A stretch of 64,000 nucleotides of DNA from Gemmatimonadales bacterium (GTDB taxonomy: Bacteria; Gemmatimonadota; Gemmatimonadetes; Gemmatimonadales; GWC2-71-9): assembly GCA_035501775.1 (NCBI GenBank), contig DATJVM010000092.1, positions 2,480 to 66,479 of the forward strand, written 5' to 3'. Positions 59,529 to 64,000 of this stretch are shown here, in pieces; the first letter of the stretch is position 1; each line of letters begins with the position of its first letter. The position numbers and the translations under genes were made by a program. Below the pieces are notes generated by a model, which saw only the letters and a list, made by a program, of their open reading frames with translations, made no database searches and was not told the origin of the DNA.

Positions 59529-61561
59529 GGCCACTGGGCGTAGCGCTGGCCGGAGCCGTGCTGGTCCTCGCACGGCCGACCATGGCGGCGGCGCAGTACG
59601 AGGCGAACATCGAGACGCTCGCGGCCGTAATGGCCGCCGACGATGCTCGTCGCTTCGACGAGGCGCTCTTCCGCCGGGCCCTCGCCGATCCCGACAGCTC
59701 GGTCCGCCGCCGCGCCGCGCTTGGCCTGGGCCGGCTCCGGGACCCGGCAGGGCTGCCCCTGCTCAAGCCGCTGTTGCTCGATCCCGATTCACTGGTAGAG
59801 GCCACGACCATCTTCGCGATGGGGCTCCTGGGGGACCCCGCGGCCGTTCCTCTCCTCATCGATCGCGCGCAGAACCCGGCCCCCCTCTCGCTTCCCTCGG
59901 GGCAGGAACTCCTCACCGCCCTGGCGCGACTCGGTGGCGAGCAGGCCGCGGGCTTCATCGCCGCGGTGCTGGATCATTCGTTCTGGGCATCACGGCCCGA
60001 CGCGCCCTACCTGGTGCAGCGCGGCGCCATCGAAGCCTGGAGACTGGGCGCCCTGGCGCCGATCAACAGCCTGCTCGGGCTCACCACCGACCAGCTCGAC
60101 GATACGCGATTCGGCGCCATCTATTCGCTCGGCCGCCTGCGGGCGCGCGTGGCCGGGCCCGCGCTCCTGGGCGCTCTGGCGGACGCCTCTCCCACGGTCC
60201 GGTCCGCCGCGGTCAGGGGGCTGAGCCGGAGCTTCGCCGACTCCGCCGGCCTGGCGCACGGGTCGGTGGCCGATGCGCTGCTCCGCGCCTCCCGGGACGG
60301 CGATGTCGGCGTCCGGACCCAGGCACTGCGTGCGCTCGCGACGTACCACGATCCCGAGCTGGCCGCGAAGGTCGCCCCCCTCCTCGATGACCCGGCGCCG
60401 AACGTGCAGGTGCAGGCCGCGATGACGCTGGGCGAGCTGGGGGGAGGCGCGGCCGGAGCCGAGCTGGCCCGAGTCGTTGGAACCGGCAAGGGCGGGTACG
60501 CCCGGCTCCGGGAGTCGCTGCTCGCGCTCGCGCGGGTTGACACCAGCGCTTTCGAGGCGCAGGTCGGCCCCTGGTCCGGCGCAAGCGATTGGCGCCGTCG
60601 CGCCACGGCGGCCGCGGGATGGGCGTGGGTACGCCCGTCGGCGGTGTCTCCCTACCTTGCAGACCGGGACCCCCGCGTGGTCGCGGCCGCGCTCGAGGCC
60701 TGGAGCCAGCGGGTGACGGGTCCCGACACGGCGTTCGTGGCCGCCTGCCGCCGGCTTGCCACGTACCCCGACGCCGCGGTGCGGAGCATCGCCGCGGACG
60801 GGATCGCCCGGGGGGCGAGCGCCGCGGATGCGCCGCTGGTGGTGGCGAGCTACCAGGCGTCCAGCCTGGACTCCTTCCCTGATGCACGTCTCTCTGCCAC
60901 CGCGGCACTGCTGGCGATTGCCAAGGCCGCGCCAGATGGCCTCGCGGCGGCCAGCAACCGGCTGCTGGCCCAACTGCCGGACCCGCCACCGGGGGACTAC
61001 ATCGTCCGCCGTTGGGCCGAGCAGAACTGGCCGGAGGCCGCGACCCGCTGGGGCGCGGCGTATCCGATAGTCACCCGGCGGAGCATGGACGACTATCGCG
61101 ACATCGTGCGCCGGTTCGATTACGGGGTTGATTCCGTGCGATCGCCCACCGTCGCGATCGACGTCGAGCAGGTCGGGACGATCGTGGTCCAGCTCTTCGG
61201 GCCCGAGGCCCCGCTCACGGTGGCGAACTTCCTCCGACTGGTGGATCGGCACTTCTTTGATGGCCAGCGGTTCTTCCGGGTCGTGCCCGATTTCGTAGTG
61301 CAGGCCGGCGATCCGCGCGGCGACGGATGGGGCGGCCCGGGGACCCCGATCCGCGACGAGCTCAACCGGCGGCGCTACGGGGCCTATTATGTCGGGATGG
61401 CACTGTCCGGGCCGGACACGGGCGACAGCCAATGGTTCATCACCCTGAGCCCCGCTCCGAATCTGGACGGGATCTACACCATCTTCGGCCAGGTCACCGA
61501 TGGCGTCCCGACCCTGCTCCGGGTGACTCAGGGTGACGTCATCCGGTCCATTCGCCGCTGA
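59525..61561 (+). CDS. HEAT-repeat protein fused to a C-terminal cyclophilin-type peptidyl-prolyl isomerase
   Basis: Signal peptide LAGAVLVLARPTMAAAQ. Multiple HEAT/PBS-lyase-like repeats (DSSVRRRAALGLGRLRDP, SPTVRSAAVRGLS, DVGVRTQALRALA, APNVQVQAAMTLGELG, DPRVVAAALEA, DAAVRSIAADGI). Cyclophilin core VANFLRLVDRHFFDGQRFFRVVPDFVVQAGDPRGDGWGGPG ... SQWFITL. Confidence 0.85.
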   Translation: MRPLGVALAGAVLVLARPTMAAAQYEANIETLAAVMAADDARRFDEALFRRALADPDSSVRRRAALGLGRLRDPAGLPLLKPLLLDPDSLVEATTIFAMGLLGDPAAVPLLIDRAQNPAPLSLPSGQELLTALARLGGEQAAGFIAAVLDHSFWASRPDAPYLVQRGAIEAWRLGALAPINSLLGLTTDQLDDTRFGAIYSLGRLRARVAGPALLGALADASPTVRSAAVRGLSRSFADSAGLAHGSVADALLRASRDGDVGVRTQALRALATYHDPELAAKVAPLLDDPAPNVQVQAAMTLGELGGGAAGAELARVVGTGKGGYARLRESLLALARVDTSAFEAQVGPWSGASDWRRRATAAAGWAWVRPSAVSPYLADRDPRVVAAALEAWSQRVTGPDTAFVAACRRLATYPDAAVRSIAADGIARGASAADAPLVVASYQASSLDSFPDARLSATAALLAIAKAAPDGLAAASNRLLAQLPDPPPGDYIVRRWAEQNWPEAATRWGAAYPIVTRRSMDDYRDIVRRFDYGVDSVRSPTVAIDVEQVGTIVVQLFGPEAPLTVANFLRLVDRHFFDGQRFFRVVPDFVVQAGDPRGDGWGGPGTPIRDELNRRRYGAYYVGMALSGPDTGDSQWFITLSPAPNLDGIYTIFGQVTDGVPTLLRVTQGDVIRSIRR

Positions 61562-64000
61562 TGCGGTGCCCCCGCGCAGCGCTCTGTCTTGCATTGCTGG
61601 TCGGAGCGACCGCGCCGCTGGCCGCGCAGTACTACCTCCTCAACCAGAACAAGATCCAGTACCGACGCCTGGACTGGCAGGTGTTGCGCGGCCCGCGCGT
61701 GGATATCTACTACTATCCCGATGAAGCCGGACTGGCCCCGGTCGCGCTCCAGTACGCCGAACAGACCTACGACGTCCTTGCGCTCAAGTTCGGGCACACC
61801 GTCACCGCGCGGGTGCCGGTCATCGTCTACGCCTCGCACTCCGACTTCGAGCAGACCAACATCCTCCCGTTCACTCCCCCCGAGGGACTCCTTGGCGTCA
61901 CCGACTACCTGAAGGGCAGAGTGACGCTGCCCTTCCGCGGCAACATGGCGGAGTTCCGGCACACCCTGCGGCATGAGATGGTGCACGTCTTCCAGATCAG
62001 CCTGCTGCACGATCGATACGACAAGTCTCCGCGCTCCAGCCAGATCCCCATCCCGCTGTGGTGGACAGAGGGACTCGCGGAGCACTGGTCCGCGGGAGCG
62101 GACGCGCGCGACAACATGATCCTGAGAGATCTGGTCCTCGGGGGGCACCTGCCTCGCCTCCAGGATCTGGACTACGTCACCGGCGGCATCGTCTATCCGC
62201 TGGGGGAGCGGATCCACCGCTGGCTGGGTCAGACCTACGGCGACTGGCGGGTCGCCGAGTTCTATCATGAGATGTGGAAGTACGAGACCTTCGAGGCCGC
62301 AATCCAGGGCGTGTATGGCCGCCCGCTTTCGGAGCTCAACGAGGAGTTCCAGGTGGCGATGCGGCGAGACTACTACCCGGCGGCGGAGGGAAGGACCTCG
62401 CTCCCGGCCGTAGCGCCGCTCCTCGCGTCGCAGGCTATCAAGCCGAGCTACGCCCCGGACGAGGGCGGGGGCGATGTGGTCTACCTGGCTGGCGGGAACG
62501 GGCTCGTCACCATCCGGGAGCGAACCATTGACGGCGGCGACGCCACAACCCTGGTGACCGCCGGCCAGAGTTCGGCCTTCGAGAATCTCCACGAGTTCGA
62601 TTCGCGGCTGGACGCGTCGCGGCCCGGCCTCCTGCTCTTCAGCACACGCTATCGGGACCGGGACGCCATCGTCGTCTTCGACAAGGTCCATCGGCGGATC
62701 GTCGGCCGCTATCAGTTTCCCGCGTTGATCTCGATCCTCTCCCCGACCTGGGGGCCGGGAGGGACGTCGATCATCTTCAGCGGCCTCGCCGAAAGCGGGA
62801 TCTCCGATCTGTACCGGGTTTCCCTCCCCGACGGCACCCTGGAGCACCTCACCGATGACCAGTACCAGGACCTCGATCCCAGCCTGAGCCCGGACGGCAC
62901 GCGCGTCGTTTTTGCCTCGGATCGCACGGCCGAAGGGCTGGATGGTGCGGTCAACCTGTTCATCCTCGACCTCAAGGGCGGCGCGATTCGCCAGCTCACC
63001 TACGGTGACTGGGTTGACGAGACGCCACGCTGGGTGGCCACGGACCGGATCCTCTTCAGCTCCAGCCGGGACGGCGTGCTCAACGCGTTCTCGGTCGACA
63101 CGCTGGGTCGGGGCCGCCGCGAGACCGCCGCCTGGACGGGTGTCTTTGATGCCGCGCCGGCGGGCGATCGGGACGCCTTGCTGGTCGGAGGCTTCCACGA
63201 CCTGTCCCTTGGCATCTACCTCTACCCCGGCGACTCCGCCGCGCGCCTGGAGACCTTCGAGCCCGCCGCCGCGCCGCCCCACAGCGAGTGGTCCTGGCCC
63301 AAGGGAGACAGCGGCAGCGTCGTGGTCCTCAAGGGCCAGCCCTATCACCGCAAGTACACGCTGGACTTTGCCGCGGGCGAGTTCGCCTACATCCCCCACT
63401 TCGGAACGGGTCAGGGGGCGACCTTCCTGCTGAGCGACATCCTGAGCGACAATCTCTTCTACTTTAATGTGCAGACCTTCCAGAGCACCGGCGTCCAGAG
63501 CCTGTTCGACAACGTGAGTCTCCTGGGCCTCTACATCAACCAGACGCGCCGCGTCAATTGGGGGGTAGGGCTCTATCGATTCAAGGGATACCAGTACGAA
63601 GGCGAGCTCACGCCGGCATACACCGAAAACAGCATCGGGGGGTTCGGCCTGCTGCGCTACCCGCTGTCGCGCTTCGCGCGGGTCGAAGGGCAGTTCTCAC
63701 TGGAGCATTCCGACCGCGTGGACTTCGTGCTCCCGGTCGCGAACCCCGAGCGCATCGGCTGGATCGGGTCGCAGTACGTCACCTACGTGCACGACAACGC
63801 TCTCTGGAACTCGACCGGACCCATTGCGGGCCATTTTCTGGCCCTCACTGCCGGCGTGGCGAACGACTTCAGCAACGCCCGGTTCGACAGCTACACGGGT
63901 CTGGTGGACGCCCGGCAATACTTCCGCCTGGGCCGCCAGAGCGCCGTCGCCGTGCGAGCCATGGGGTACCTGAGTGGTGGTGACCGGCCGGCACTGGTCA
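61561..64000 (+). CDS. Large secreted HExxH metallopeptidase-like / TolB-type beta-propeller / beta-barrel-like protein (3' end outside window)
   Basis: Not in the ORF track because no stop is reached. I read frame 1 from ATG 61561 to 64000 (813 codons) without a stop. Signal peptide CLALLVGATAPLAAQ. HExxH in TLRHEMVHVF. PD40/TolB-like LSPDGTRVVFASDR and ILFSSSRDG. C-terminal alternating beta-strand pattern. The ATG overlaps the previous TGA by 1 nt. Confidence 0.75.
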   Translation, partial: MRCPRAALCLALLVGATAPLAAQYYLLNQNKIQYRRLDWQVLRGPRVDIYYYPDEAGLAPVALQYAEQTYDVLALKFGHTVTARVPVIVYASHSDFEQTNILPFTPPEGLLGVTDYLKGRVTLPFRGNMAEFRHTLRHEMVHVFQISLLHDRYDKSPRSSQIPIPLWWTEGLAEHWSAGADARDNMILRDLVLGGHLPRLQDLDYVTGGIVYPLGERIHRWLGQTYGDWRVAEFYHEMWKYETFEAAIQGVYGRPLSELNEEFQVAMRRDYYPAAEGRTSLPAVAPLLASQAIKPSYAPDEGGGDVVYLAGGNGLVTIRERTIDGGDATTLVTAGQSSAFENLHEFDSRLDASRPGLLLFSTRYRDRDAIVVFDKVHRRIVGRYQFPALISILSPTWGPGGTSIIFSGLAESGISDLYRVSLPDGTLEHLTDDQYQDLDPSLSPDGTRVVFASDRTAEGLDGAVNLFILDLKGGAIRQLTYGDWVDETPRWVATDRILFSSSRDGVLNAFSVDTLGRGRRETAAWTGVFDAAPAGDRDALLVGGFHDLSLGIYLYPGDSAARLETFEPAAAPPHSEWSWPKGDSGSVVVLKGQPYHRKYTLDFAAGEFAYIPHFGTGQGATFLLSDILSDNLFYFNVQTFQSTGVQSLFDNVSLLGLYINQTRRVNWGVGLYRFKGYQYEGELTPAYTENSIGGFGLLRYPLSRFARVEGQFSLEHSDRVDFVLPVANPERIGWIGSQYVTYVHDNALWNSTGPIAGHFLALTAGVANDFSNARFDSYTGLVDARQYFRLGRQSAVAVRAMGYLSGGDRPALV

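Noticed and set aside
61528-63399. 623-aa minus-strand ORF, the only long ORF the track lists for this region
   Set aside because: The plus strand carries an uninterrupted frame from 61561 to the window end with a signal peptide, HExxH and PD40-like motifs. The minus ORF has only Arg/Gly/Asp/Glu-rich low-complexity sequence.

Overview
Very GC-rich bacterial chromosomal segment: third codon positions are almost all G/C. It is densely packed, with about 65 protein genes and one tRNA. I saw no rRNA, CRISPR array or recognisable mobile element.

Content is mainly core housekeeping, arranged in long co-directional strings whose starts and stops often overlap by 4 nt:
- (1) pseudouridine synthase, then a MoxR / DUF58 / BatA-E aerotolerance-type operon
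- (2) mutL-miaA-ankyrin-bshA-uppP-birA-coaX-UbiA prenyltransferase
- (3) a four-gene envelope operon ending in a beta-barrel-anchored NlpC/P60 hydrolase
- (4) a lone secreted Met/His-rich protein that I read as a PHM/DBH-like copper monooxygenase
- (5) groES-groEL with two CIRCE-like operators and a heptamer repeat array in the spacer
- (6) a minus-strand Roadblock / manC-like / LbH / MBL operon
- (7) serS-histidine kinase-uvrD-gatCAB
- (8) DUF948 / PLC-like / M23 peptidase, divergent from murA-pgeF
- (9) rimP-nusA-L7Ae-infB-DUF503-rbfA-truB-ribF-secD-secF-tatD
- (10) fhs-ridA, a tRNA-Sec (selC) hidden under a spurious ORF, then lipid kinase-ltaE-DUF5683-like-murI
- (11) a Ser/Thr kinase, an lpxH-like gene, a thioesterase, a HEAT-cyclophilin fusion, and a large HExxH / TolB-like protein that runs off the 3' end and is missing from the ORF track

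The gene set suggests a Gemmatimonadota- or FCB-like lineage. That is inference only.

Many long ORFs in the track are GC-driven shadow ORFs, or upstream extensions of real genes. I trimmed starts using motif position, neighbouring stops and codon style.

All identifications come from reading motifs in the translations and the DNA. No database search, folding program or alignment tool was run. I did not find a clear-cut new multi-gene system. The most promising leads are the copper monooxygenase candidate, the unannotated tRNA-Sec, the beta-barrel NlpC/P60 operon, the groES-groEL heptamer array and the terminator directly abutting rimP.
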